A stretch of DNA of 64,000 nucleotides from an uncultured bacterium (GTDB lineage Bacteria; Abyssobacteria; SURF-5): NCBI GenBank assembly GCA_964450145.1, contig CAYVDS010000002.1, forward strand, positions 9,978 to 73,977, in the 5' to 3' direction. Shown here piece by piece: positions 35,657 to 44,469 of the stretch. The position numbers and the translations under genes are program-made. The first letter of the stretch is position 1. Every line of letters starts with the position of its first letter. The notes beneath the pieces were generated by a model. That model was not told where the DNA came from. It ran no database searches and saw only the letters and a list, made by a program, of their open reading frames with translations.

Positions 35657-36718
35657 ATGAAACGAGACGTGCCTCTGACAGAACGTCAGAAAGCAATCCT
35701 GCAAGCTGTTATCAATACATATATTACAACGGCCGAGGCCGTCGGTTCCCGAACCATTTCCAAAAAGATGGGTTTCAAGCTCAGCCCCGCATCGATTCGC
35801 AATGTCATGTCCGACCTCGAAGAGATGGGTTACATAAGCCAGCCCCATACTTCCGCTGGCCGCGTTCCCACGGATACGGGTTACAGGGTTTATGTCGACA
35901 ATCTCATGGAGATACGCAGGGTTGAACTCGAAGAACAGCACCACATAGAGGAGCTTTACCGGTCGCGCGTCAAGCAAATCGAGGACCTGATGGAGCTCTC
36001 GTCGCGGCTCCTCTCGATCCTCACTCACTATACCGCCGTCGTGCAGATACCCAAAATCGAGACCGAGACAATCAAACATGTCGAGGTGGTTCCCCTGGCG
36101 GCGGGGAAGACGCTCGTAATGCTAGTCACGAATATTGGCAATGTCAAAAAGCAGGTTGCCGTATTGTCGGAGCCGACGGCGGGTTCGGACATCGAGCGCG
36201 TGGCGGTTTTCTTGAACGAAAAGCTGCACGCTCTCTCATTTGCCTCGGCGCGCTCGCTTTTGAATTTGCTCTGCGAATCAGCCGACCCGGACGGAAAGCG
36301 GCTGGCCGCTCTGGGCCAAAGTCTGCTCTCTGAGTTGTTGGCGGAAGGCAGGACGCGCGAGGTCTACCTCGAGGGCAGGGAGAATATCTTTGACCAGCCC
36401 GAATTCAGGGATTTTGACCGCTTGCGCCCGCTTCTGCGAGTCCTCGACGAAAAGCGGCGGCTGAACGAATTGCTTGAATATTGCGTTCCTGGGGAAGAGC
36501 CCTTGAACGTTTGCATTCGGATAGGCTCTGAAAACCCGTTTGACGATGCGAGAGATTGCAGTATAGTCGTGTCGCCTTACCGCATAGGCGGCCGCGCTAC
36601 CGGCGCAGTTGGTGTGATCGGCCCTACAAGAATGCAATACTCGCGCGCGTCCTCACTAGTCGCGTTCGTAGCCGAGCAGCTCGGCCACGTTCTTACCGAA
36701 CTGAGCGGAGGCGAATAA
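35657..36718 (+). CDS. hrcA: Heat-inducible transcription repressor HrcA
   Basis: LTERQKAILQAVINTYITTAEAVGSRTISKKMGFKLSPASIRNVMSDLEEMGYISQPHTSAGRVPTDTGYRVYVD. Confidence 0.97.
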   Translation: MKRDVPLTERQKAILQAVINTYITTAEAVGSRTISKKMGFKLSPASIRNVMSDLEEMGYISQPHTSAGRVPTDTGYRVYVDNLMEIRRVELEEQHHIEELYRSRVKQIEDLMELSSRLLSILTHYTAVVQIPKIETETIKHVEVVPLAAGKTLVMLVTNIGNVKKQVAVLSEPTAGSDIERVAVFLNEKLHALSFASARSLLNLLCESADPDGKRLAALGQSLLSELLAEGRTREVYLEGRENIFDQPEFRDFDRLRPLLRVLDEKRRLNELLEYCVPGEEPLNVCIRIGSENPFDDARDCSIVVSPYRIGGRATGAVGVIGPTRMQYSRASSLVAFVAEQLGHVLTELSGGE

Positions 36719-36722
36719 TCAG

Positions 36723-37457
36723 ATGAACAAAAGGAAAGAGCCGTTAAACAATAAGAAAGACCTTAAGAAAAAGCCCGACGCGGAGCAGACGGCGGAACAG
36801 CCCGCCGTCGAAGCGGGCACGTCTCAACCTGCGCCGCAAACTGAAAGCGAAATACGCAAACAGACTAAAGAAGAGGCGGAAGCGCCGTGTGACGGAGAAG
36901 TCGCTGAGCCAGAACTGGCTGAGCCCGAAGCCCCAAAACCGGCCGAAGGCCCCGCTCTCTCCCCCGACGAAATTGCGAAACTCATCAAAGAAAAAGAAGA
37001 GTATTATGATCTGCTCCTTCGCACTCAGGCCGATTTCGACAACTACAGGAAGCGCGTTCAGAAGGAAACTGCCAATCTCCTGAAATATGGGGCAGAAAAC
37101 GCCCTTCGCGAAATCCTGCCGGTGATAGACAACCTCGACCGCGCGCTCGACTCGGCCCGGAAACATACCGAGTCCAACTCCCGCGTCATCGAGGGAATAG
37201 AACTGATTCTCGCGCAGTTCCGCGGCGTCCTCCAGAAACTCGGCGTGAAAACCATCGAGACGGTGGGCCATGCGTTCGATCCAAATAAGCACGACGCGTT
37301 GTTGCGCGTGCATGCGCCCGGCGTGGCCGAGGGCGCCGTTCTCGACGAGATTCGAAAAGGCTACTACTTCCACGACAAGGTGCTGAGACCGGCACAGGTT
37401 ACGGTCGGCACTCAGGAAGGTCCTCTTGACTCCGGCCATAAGCCCGAGGAACCATAA
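36723..37457 (+). CDS. grpE: Nucleotide exchange factor GrpE
   Basis: YYDLLLRTQADFDNYRKRVQKE...ILPVIDNLDRAL...GHAFDPNKHDAL...YYFHDKVLRPAQVTV. Confidence 0.96.
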   Translation: MNKRKEPLNNKKDLKKKPDAEQTAEQPAVEAGTSQPAPQTESEIRKQTKEEAEAPCDGEVAEPELAEPEAPKPAEGPALSPDEIAKLIKEKEEYYDLLLRTQADFDNYRKRVQKETANLLKYGAENALREILPVIDNLDRALDSARKHTESNSRVIEGIELILAQFRGVLQKLGVKTIETVGHAFDPNKHDALLRVHAPGVAEGAVLDEIRKGYYFHDKVLRPAQVTVGTQEGPLDSGHKPEEP

Positions 37458-37540
37458 AGAAAAGGCGAAAGGCAAAAAGGAGCAAGGCGAAAGGGATCGA
37501 AAAGTCGGAGGAAAAAGGTTAAAAGGGGAAAAGGCTCCCA
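37455..37540. repeat. Purine-rich short-period (about 7 nt) repeat tract
   Basis: aaggcga aaggcaa aaaggag caaggcg aaaggga tcgaaaa gtcggag gaaaaag gttaaaa ggggaaa. It is the reverse-complement flavour of the CCCTTTC array at 58240-58273. Confidence 0.55.
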
Positions 37541-37646
37541 TTCGTCACCTTTCTTTCACAATTGACCGCAGTGCAAGCGTGGGAGACCGCTCCCAAGAAA
37601 CGGGTTCGGGGACACGAGGGGGCTCCCTTAATCCGGGGACGGGCAG

Positions 37647-37695
37647 TTTAGACTTCGCACTTAGACCTTGGACTTTGGACCTTGGACTCATTAAC
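37647..37695. repeat. Heptad-periodic array, 7 units (tttagac ttcgcac ttagacc ttggact ttggacc ttggact cattaac)
   Basis: Read directly. It is followed by the SD AGGAGG and the dnaK ATG at 37713. Confidence 0.75.
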
Positions 37696-37712
37696 AGGAG
37701 GCTCTTCAACGA

Positions 37713-39626
37713 ATGGCTAAGGTAATAGGCATCGATTTGGGAACAACAAATTCTTGCGTCGCGGTTATGGAGGGCGGGGAAGCCGTCGTCATCCCGAATT
37801 CCGAAGGCGGCCGAACCACGCCTTCAGTCGTCGCCTTCACGAAGGCGGGCGAACGCCTTGTCGGAACGGTCGCCAAGAGGCAGGCCATCACAAATCCCGA
37901 AAACACCATCTTTTCCATTAAGCGGTTCATGGGACGGCGGCACGGCGAGGTGAGGACAGAGGAAAAACTCGTTCCTTACAAAGTGCGAGGCGGCGAAGGC
38001 GACAATGTCGTAGTCGAAGCCGGGAGTAAAACCTTCACGCCGCCTGAAATATCGGCGGTCATCCTCCAAAAAATGAAAGAAACCGCCGAGGACTATCTGG
38101 GCGAAAAGGTCACTCAGGCTGTTATCACGGTTCCGGCCTACTTTAACGACGCGCAGAGGCAAGCGACAAAAGACGCCGGCAAGGTCGCCGGACTCGAAGT
38201 TCTCAGGATTATCAACGAGCCGACCGCGGCTTCGCTCGCATACGGGCTGGACAAGAAGAAAGACGAAAAAATCGCCGTCTACGACCTCGGCGGCGGGACG
38301 TTTGATATATCGATCCTACAACTCGGCGAGGGCGTGTTCGAGGTGCTATCGACGAATGGCGACACCCATCTGGGCGGAGACGACTTCGACCAGCGCATCA
38401 TCGACTGGCTCGCCGACGAATTCAAAAAGGAGCAAGGTATCGACTTGCGCGCCGACCGCATGGCGTTGCAGCGCCTGAAGGAGGCGGCTGAAAAAGGGAA
38501 ATGCGAATTGTCCACTTCTCAGACAACGGAAATAAATCTGCCCTTCATCACAGCCGACGCCTCCGGGCCCAAACACCTCAATGTCACGCTCACAAGGGCG
38601 AAGCTCGAACAGCTCGTTGACGACCTCGTCGAGCGGACGAAGCGACCATGCATCACCGCGCTCAAAGACGCCAAACTTTCCGCCGAACAGATAGACGAGG
38701 TCATCCTTGTCGGCGGGCAGACCCGAATGCCTGCAGTTCAGAGCCTCGTGCGCACCCTGTTCGCGAAAGAGCCGCACAAGGGCGTTAACCCCGACGAAGT
38801 CGTCGCCGTTGGCGCGGCAATTCAAGGGGGGGTGCTCGCGGGCGACGTCAAGGACGTGCTGCTTCTGGACGTCACCCCTCTTTCGCTCGGCATCGAGACC
38901 CTCGGCGGCATCTGCACGAGGCTTATCCCGAAAAACACGACGATACCGACCCGCAAGAGCCAGATTTTCTCGACCGCGGCCGACGGACAGACCGCCGTCA
39001 GCATCCATGTGCTGCAGGGCGAGCGCGAGATGGCCGGGGATAACCGCACGCTCGGGCGTTTTGACCTCCTCGGAATCCCGCCTGCTCCGAGGGGCATCCC
39101 GCAGATTGAGGTTACCTTCGACATCGACGCCAACGGCATTGTGCACGTATCGGCCAAAGACCTGGGCACCGGCAAGGAACAGAAGATACGCATCGAGAGC
39201 TCGAGCGGCCTCTCAGACGAGGATATAGACAAACTGGTCAAAGACGCCGAAGCGCATGCCGAAGAAGACAAGCGCAAACGCAAACTCGCCGAGGCCAGAA
39301 ACCGCGCCGACACGCTCGTCTATACCATCGAAAAAACTCTTAAAGACCTCGGAGACAAAGTCTCCGAAGACGAGAGAAAACAGGCGAACGACGCCATCGA
39401 AAAGGTCCGCCGCGAGATGGCGGGGGAGGATGCGAGCGCGATAGAACGAGCGATGGAAGAGCTAACGTCCGTCTCGCACAAGTTTGCCGAGAAGCTCTAC
39501 CAGCAAACGGGCCAGGCTCAGCAAGGAGCCGGCGCAGGCGCTCAGACCGGAGGAGCAGCTTCCGGCGACAGCGACAACGTGAGCGACGCCGAATTTGAAG
39601 CCGCTGACGAGGAAGACAAGAAGTAG
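37713..39626 (+). CDS. dnaK: Molecular chaperone DnaK (Hsp70)
   Basis: [23 protein letters not shown]..., [23 protein letters not shown]. 637 aa. Confidence 0.99.
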   Translation: MAKVIGIDLGTTNSCVAVMEGGEAVVIPNSEGGRTTPSVVAFTKAGERLVGTVAKRQAITNPENTIFSIKRFMGRRHGEVRTEEKLVPYKVRGGEGDNVVVEAGSKTFTPPEISAVILQKMKETAEDYLGEKVTQAVITVPAYFNDAQRQATKDAGKVAGLEVLRIINEPTAASLAYGLDKKKDEKIAVYDLGGGTFDISILQLGEGVFEVLSTNGDTHLGGDDFDQRIIDWLADEFKKEQGIDLRADRMALQRLKEAAEKGKCELSTSQTTEINLPFITADASGPKHLNVTLTRAKLEQLVDDLVERTKRPCITALKDAKLSAEQIDEVILVGGQTRMPAVQSLVRTLFAKEPHKGVNPDEVVAVGAAIQGGVLAGDVKDVLLLDVTPLSLGIETLGGICTRLIPKNTTIPTRKSQIFSTAADGQTAVSIHVLQGEREMAGDNRTLGRFDLLGIPPAPRGIPQIEVTFDIDANGIVHVSAKDLGTGKEQKIRIESSSGLSDEDIDKLVKDAEAHAEEDKRKRKLAEARNRADTLVYTIEKTLKDLGDKVSEDERKQANDAIEKVRREMAGEDASAIERAMEELTSVSHKFAEKLYQQTGQAQQGAGAGAQTGGAASGDSDNVSDAEFEAADEEDKK

Positions 39627-39646
39627 GAGTTGTGTTTACCTGAACC

Positions 39647-40750
39647 ATGGGCAAACGTGACTATTACGAAATACTCGGGGTCCCACGCGACGCTTCCGAA
39701 AACGACATAAGGAAAGCATACAGAAAGCTCGCGATGCAGCATCATCCCGACCGCGCACAGGGTGACAAACAGTCGGAGGAGAAGTTTAAGGAGGTCAGCG
39801 AGGCCTACAGCGTCCTTACCGACCCCGAGAAACGCGCGAATTATGACCAGTTCGGCCATGCCGGAGTTGAGGGAGGTCCCGGCTTCTCCGGTTTCGGCGG
39901 CTTCGGCGATATCTTCGGCGATATTTTCGAGGACTTTTTCGGCGGCGCAACCACGCGCCGCAGGTCAAGCGCACAGCGTGGCAACGATATCGCCTACGAG
40001 CTCGAAGTCACGCTCGAAGAGGCATTCGAGGGCGTCGAACGCGAGCTGACGATACCGCGAATGGCGACGTGCAAGGATTGTGAGGGCACGGGCGCTGCCA
40101 GCGGGGCCGGCCGCACAACATGCCAAGTCTGTCGTGGAACCGGCAGGCTTCGGCAGGCGCAGGGTTTCTTCAGCATAACCCGCACATGCCACCGCTGCGG
40201 AGGAATGGGGACGGTAGTTGAACACCCATGTAAAACCTGCAAGGGCGAAGGGCAGGTGCGCGCTCAGCGAAAGCTGCGCGTAACGGTTCCTCCCGGCGTG
40301 GATACGGGGTCGAGGATTCGCTACCGCGGCGAGGGCGAAGCCGGGTCGCGCGGCGGCGCAAGCGGCGACCTCTATATCCTCATCAAGGTGCTGGCACATG
40401 AACTGTTTCAGCGGGACGGCGACAGCCTCATCTGCGAGGTTCCTATATCGTTCCCGCAGGCAGCCCTCGGAACCCAACTCGAAATCCCGGCCCTCGATGG
40501 GAAGACAACGCTGCGAATTCCGCCGGGGACACAGTCGCACAAAGTCTTCGAAATCAGACACAAGGGGATGCCCTCTCTCCACGGTCACGGCAGGGGCAGT
40601 CTCTTCGTCAGAGTCTTTGTCGAGACACCGACCAGACTCAACGAGCGCCAACGACAACTGCTCGAAGAGTTCGCGCGCATAAGCGGCGATGAAGTGCATC
40701 CGCTCACCAAGAAGTTTCTGGACAAGTTCAAAGAGGTCTTCGGCGCATAG
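39647..40750 (+). CDS. dnaJ: Molecular chaperone DnaJ
   Basis: J-domain DYYEILGV...HPD, a G/F region, and four CxxCxGxG zinc motifs (CKDCEGTG, CQVCRGTG, CHRCGGMG, CKTCKGEG). Confidence 0.98.
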   Translation: MGKRDYYEILGVPRDASENDIRKAYRKLAMQHHPDRAQGDKQSEEKFKEVSEAYSVLTDPEKRANYDQFGHAGVEGGPGFSGFGGFGDIFGDIFEDFFGGATTRRRSSAQRGNDIAYELEVTLEEAFEGVERELTIPRMATCKDCEGTGAASGAGRTTCQVCRGTGRLRQAQGFFSITRTCHRCGGMGTVVEHPCKTCKGEGQVRAQRKLRVTVPPGVDTGSRIRYRGEGEAGSRGGASGDLYILIKVLAHELFQRDGDSLICEVPISFPQAALGTQLEIPALDGKTTLRIPPGTQSHKVFEIRHKGMPSLHGHGRGSLFVRVFVETPTRLNERQRQLLEEFARISGDEVHPLTKKFLDKFKEVFGA

Positions 40751-40780
40751 CGCGACCCCTCCGCGCGCGAGGACTCCCCG

Positions 40781-41524
40781 ATGACTATCTATCAGTTTTT
40801 TATCAGGCAATCCCAGATAGACCCCGACCGCAGGGTCAAGCTCGACGCCCCCGATGTGCGCCATATCCGTCATGTGCTCCGCCTCGAAAAGGGCAGCAAA
40901 ATCCGGCTCGTCGACGAAAAGCAGAATGTTCATCTGGCATTGATTGAAAAAGTGAACCATGGCGCCGTTGTTGCCCGCGTATTGGAAACTGTGGAACGCA
41001 GTCAGCGCCAAACTCGCCTCACGGTCGTACATGGGATTCCGAAACCGCCAAAGACGGATTTTATTGTTCAGAAACTAACTGAAATCGGCGTGGACCACGT
41101 CGTGTTTACGCCGGCGGATTTTACTTCCTATCCGAATGCCGGCCAGAAAATCCGCAGCCGACTCGACCGCCTGCGGAAAATAGCCACAGCCGCCGCCAAA
41201 CAGTCTGGACGCACGGACATCCCTGAGATCGCTACGTGCGCGAACTTTACGGAAGCCCTCGAAGCCTCGGCGCCCGAGGCTTTGCTACTCGTTGCACACG
41301 AAAAGGCGCATTGCAAAGGCATCCACGATCTTCTGACAAACGCAAAAGGGAAAAGAGCCATCACGCTTTTCATCGGACCCGAAGGGGGGCTCTCGACCGA
41401 GGAGATTCAGCTCCTTGAAGAAAATGGGGCGACCTGCTTTTCGCTTGGCCGCAACATACTGAGGACCGAGACGGCTTCCCTGATAGCGGCCGCAATAGTC
41501 CTTCATGAGTTGGGAGAGATTTAG
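40781..41524 (+). CDS. rsmE: 16S rRNA (uracil1498-N3)-methyltransferase RsmE
   Basis: HIRHVLRL, KTDFIVQKLTEIGV, AAAKQSGR, FIGPEGGLSTEE and LGRNILRTETA. Confidence 0.9.
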   Translation: MTIYQFFIRQSQIDPDRRVKLDAPDVRHIRHVLRLEKGSKIRLVDEKQNVHLALIEKVNHGAVVARVLETVERSQRQTRLTVVHGIPKPPKTDFIVQKLTEIGVDHVVFTPADFTSYPNAGQKIRSRLDRLRKIATAAAKQSGRTDIPEIATCANFTEALEASAPEALLLVAHEKAHCKGIHDLLTNAKGKRAITLFIGPEGGLSTEEIQLLEENGATCFSLGRNILRTETASLIAAAIVLHELGEI

Positions 41525-42882
41525 TGGCCTCATTTCGCATTCTGACTTTCGGCTGCAAGGTGAACCAGTGCGACTCGCAGATTTTGCGAGAGACGCTCAA
41601 CACGTGGGGACTTGCCGAAACAACTTCCGGAAAGAACGGAAATGGCCGCGAGGCCGAAGTCATCATCATAAATACATGCACTGTTACAGAGGTCGCTGAC
41701 GTAAAATTCCGAAAAGCCCTCCGCAGAACCAGGCGTGAAAATCCGACCTCGCTTATTGCGGTGACTGGGTGTTATGCCAATAAGATACACGCCGCCGGCG
41801 GGCATATCGAAGGGGCGGACATCATCTTCGAGCACGGCGATTTCACAAGGCTCAAGGGTTTTCTTGAGGCCAGGAAAATGGATTCCCGCTCCACGATCAG
41901 GGTCGAGGACAGGCTTTGCGGGAATGACAAAGAAAGGGCCGAGAATGATAGAGAGAAGGGCGGGAACAACAAGCCGCCACAATCCTATTTTGCGGAACAT
42001 ACACGGGCATTCCTGAAGATACAGGACGGATGCGATTGCTATTGCGCATATTGCGTCGTTCCAACCGTTCGGAACAGGCTATGGAGTGAGAGGCCGGAGA
42101 ATGTGATCGCCTCGGTGCAGTCCCTCGCGTCAAATGGATACAGAGAAGTCGTGTTGACGGGAATACACCTCGGTTTCTTTGGACGCGACTCCGGCAAGGA
42201 CAACCTTTTGGAACTGCTGAAGAGAATCGAAACAGAATGCGAGATTGACCGCATCCGGCTGAGTTCCATCGAGATCAACGAGGTGTCCGACGAAATGCTG
42301 GAGCTGATTACAGCCTCAAGGAAAATCTGCCATCACCTTCATCTCCCTCTGCAGAGCGGCGACGATGACGTGCTTCGCAGAATGGGCCGCAGATATTCAT
42401 ATTCGTTTTATTCGAAAAGAATCGAAAGAATCCGGGCCATTATTCCGGATATCGGGATAACGACCGACTTGATAGTCGGCTTCCCCGGGGAAACCGATGA
42501 ACAGTTCATGCGTACCTGCGAGTGTGTGCAACAAACCGATTTCGCCAAAATCCACGTGTTCAGATTCTCGCCCAGAGCGGGTACCAGAGCAGCCGCGATG
42601 GATTCGCAAGTCCCGGCCGGAACGATAAGCTGCCGGGCCAGGAACTTGATACAAGCCGGTGACAGTGTCGCCAGAAGATTCAAAGAACGGTTTGTGGGGC
42701 AGACCGTCGACGTGCTTGTCGAAAGAATGACCGCCAAGGAAGGCGCCTGCACCGGACTGACCTCGAACTATATCAGGGTCCAAGTACGAGACGCGCCTGC
42801 CGACTGTGTCAATCGTCTTATTCCGGTTCGTTTAACCGCCGTCGAGGCCGACTCCGGCCTCGCGATCGGCGAACCAATTTAG
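41524..42882 (+). CDS. mtaB: MiaB-family radical-SAM methylthiotransferase, MtaB-like, with a repeat-encoded linker insertion
   Basis: MTTase N domain (FRILTFGCKVNQCDSQ), radical-SAM CDCYCAYC, and a TRAM-like C-terminus. Its position after rsmE matches Bacillus-type synteny. The GTG start overlaps the rsmE stop. Confidence 0.85.
   Translation: MASFRILTFGCKVNQCDSQILRETLNTWGLAETTSGKNGNGREAEVIIINTCTVTEVADVKFRKALRRTRRENPTSLIAVTGCYANKIHAAGGHIEGADIIFEHGDFTRLKGFLEARKMDSRSTIRVEDRLCGNDKERAENDREKGGNNKPPQSYFAEHTRAFLKIQDGCDCYCAYCVVPTVRNRLWSERPENVIASVQSLASNGYREVVLTGIHLGFFGRDSGKDNLLELLKRIETECEIDRIRLSSIEINEVSDEMLELITASRKICHHLHLPLQSGDDDVLRRMGRRYSYSFYSKRIERIRAIIPDIGITTDLIVGFPGETDEQFMRTCECVQQTDFAKIHVFRFSPRAGTRAAAMDSQVPAGTISCRARNLIQAGDSVARRFKERFVGQTVDVLVERMTAKEGACTGLTSNYIRVQVRDAPADCVNRLIPVRLTAVEADSGLAIGEPI
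41879..41928. repeat. R1 hairpin repeat, long-loop variant, inside mtaB in frame
   Basis: TGGATTCCCGCtccacgatcagggtcgaGGACAGGCTTTGCGGGAATGAC, translated as MDSRSTIRVEDRLCGND. The arms and loop end match the intergenic copy at 10004-10054. Confidence 0.65.
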
Positions 42883-42921
42883 TACTGAATATTGCGCAAA
42901 AAAGTGAAGGAGGGCAGTCAA

Positions 42922-43266
42922 ATGTCAAATTGTATCTTCTGCAAGATTGCCGATGGCGAGATTCCTGCGGATAAGGTTTACGAGGATGCCTCAATCCTCG
43001 CCTTTAAAGACATACAGCCGCAAGCTCCACTCCATATCGTAATCATTCCGAAAAAGCATATCGAAACTCTGAACGACGTATCGGAGACTGATGCTCGGCT
43101 ACTTTCGGACTTAGTATTTACGTGCCAAAAGCTCGCAAAGGAGCAGAAGATCGCCGAAAAAGGCTATCGAGTTGTAGTAAATTGCAACAGAGATGGCGGG
43201 CAGGCGGTTTTCCATCTCCATGCCCATCTCCTCGGTGGCCGAAAAATGAGCTGGCCGCCGGGTTGA
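42922..43266 (+). CDS. HIT-family (histidine triad) nucleotide hydrolase
   Basis: MSNCIFCKIADGEIPA...HIVIIPKKH...QAVFHLHAHLLGG. Confidence 0.92.
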   Translation: MSNCIFCKIADGEIPADKVYEDASILAFKDIQPQAPLHIVIIPKKHIETLNDVSETDARLLSDLVFTCQKLAKEQKIAEKGYRVVVNCNRDGGQAVFHLHAHLLGGRKMSWPPG

Positions 43267-43378
43267 TTCTATAATCCTTTGGTCTCCAATCACTTAAAGC
43301 GTATCTCCCGTGTCTTCCAAAAAAGAACCTAACGGTCGTTATGTTTGACAAAAATGCATTTTTGTGGTAAAATTCAGC

Positions 43379-44365
43379 ATGCAAGGAAAAGGTAAATTGA
43401 CCCTCGGTGACATGTATAACTTCGCTATTGAGTGGGGCTTACGACATGACCCGAGGGGCAAAAAGTTTATGGGGTCGCTTCTGCAAAAGCAGCAAAGCGA
43501 GTACGAGAAGCTTGGCGAAAAGGAGAAAGAGCTTTTCGATAAAGAAAGGTTTGTGAACCCTTACACGGACACCCGAATACTCTTTGGGGAGCGTGGCAAG
43601 AAGGTAAATTCGATACTCGCCGGTATCGACATGGAAATTGGGGAAGTGGTGCTTGCTGACAGGCTTCGCGGCGCCGGCAAGAGCATCGATCTGATGTTGG
43701 CCCATCACCCTGAAGGCAGGGCGATGGCCAATTTTTATGAAGTGATGGAGATGCAGGCCGATATCCTCAATAAATTCGGGGTGCCGATAAACGTTGCCGA
43801 AGGAATTCTGGAAGATCGCATAAAAGAAGTGGAGCGCAGGGTTCTCCCATTGAATCATACGCGCGCCGTGGATGCCGCCCGCCTGCTCGACATTTCGTTT
43901 CTCTGTGTTCATACGCCAGCGGATAATAGCGTGACTCAGTTTCTGCAAAAACAGTTCGACAAACGGAAACCGATGTTCCTCTCGGACGTTATTGATTTTC
44001 TGCTCGAACTTCCCGAGTATCGGCAAGCTGCCTTGTCAAACGTCGCGCCGCGGCTTCTCGTGGGAAGCCCGACGAACAGGGCGGGCAAGATATTTGTCGA
44101 TATGACGGGTGGCACTGGAGGTTCAAAAGAGGCGTTGGAGAAGCTGGTCCAAGCCGGTGTCGGCACCATCATCGGCATGCACATCGGCGAAGAGCACTTC
44201 AAGGAAGCAAAAAAGCACCACGTCAACATCGTGATTGCAGGCCATATGGCCAGCGATGCTCTGGGCCTGAACCTCTTCCTCGATGGGCTCATCCGGAAAT
44301 ATGGCCCGCTGGAAATTCATGCCTGCTCAGGGTTTACGCGAGTTGCCAGGAAGCAGGCCGCGTAA
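43379..44365 (+). CDS. NIF3-family dinuclear-metal-centre protein (GTP cyclohydrolase 1 type 2 homolog)
   Basis: DLMLAHHPE, LCVHTPADN and VIAGHMASD. The ATG at 43379 is preferred over the GTG at 43364. Confidence 0.75.
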   Translation: MQGKGKLTLGDMYNFAIEWGLRHDPRGKKFMGSLLQKQQSEYEKLGEKEKELFDKERFVNPYTDTRILFGERGKKVNSILAGIDMEIGEVVLADRLRGAGKSIDLMLAHHPEGRAMANFYEVMEMQADILNKFGVPINVAEGILEDRIKEVERRVLPLNHTRAVDAARLLDISFLCVHTPADNSVTQFLQKQFDKRKPMFLSDVIDFLLELPEYRQAALSNVAPRLLVGSPTNRAGKIFVDMTGGTGGSKEALEKLVQAGVGTIIGMHIGEEHFKEAKKHHVNIVIAGHMASDALGLNLFLDGLIRKYGPLEIHACSGFTRVARKQAA

Positions 44366-44469
44366 ACCGGTTTTACCGCCTGGCCAAAGAAGTCTCAAGC
44401 TTTGAGTCCCCGTCCAAGTAAGGAATTCTTGATAACAGTTTCATAGTGCTTAAGTTTGCGGAGCTGGTA

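Noticed and set aside
39965-41032. 355-aa antisense ORF spanning dnaJ and rsmE
   Set aside because: It crosses a gene boundary of two unambiguous plus-strand genes, so it is a shadow ORF.
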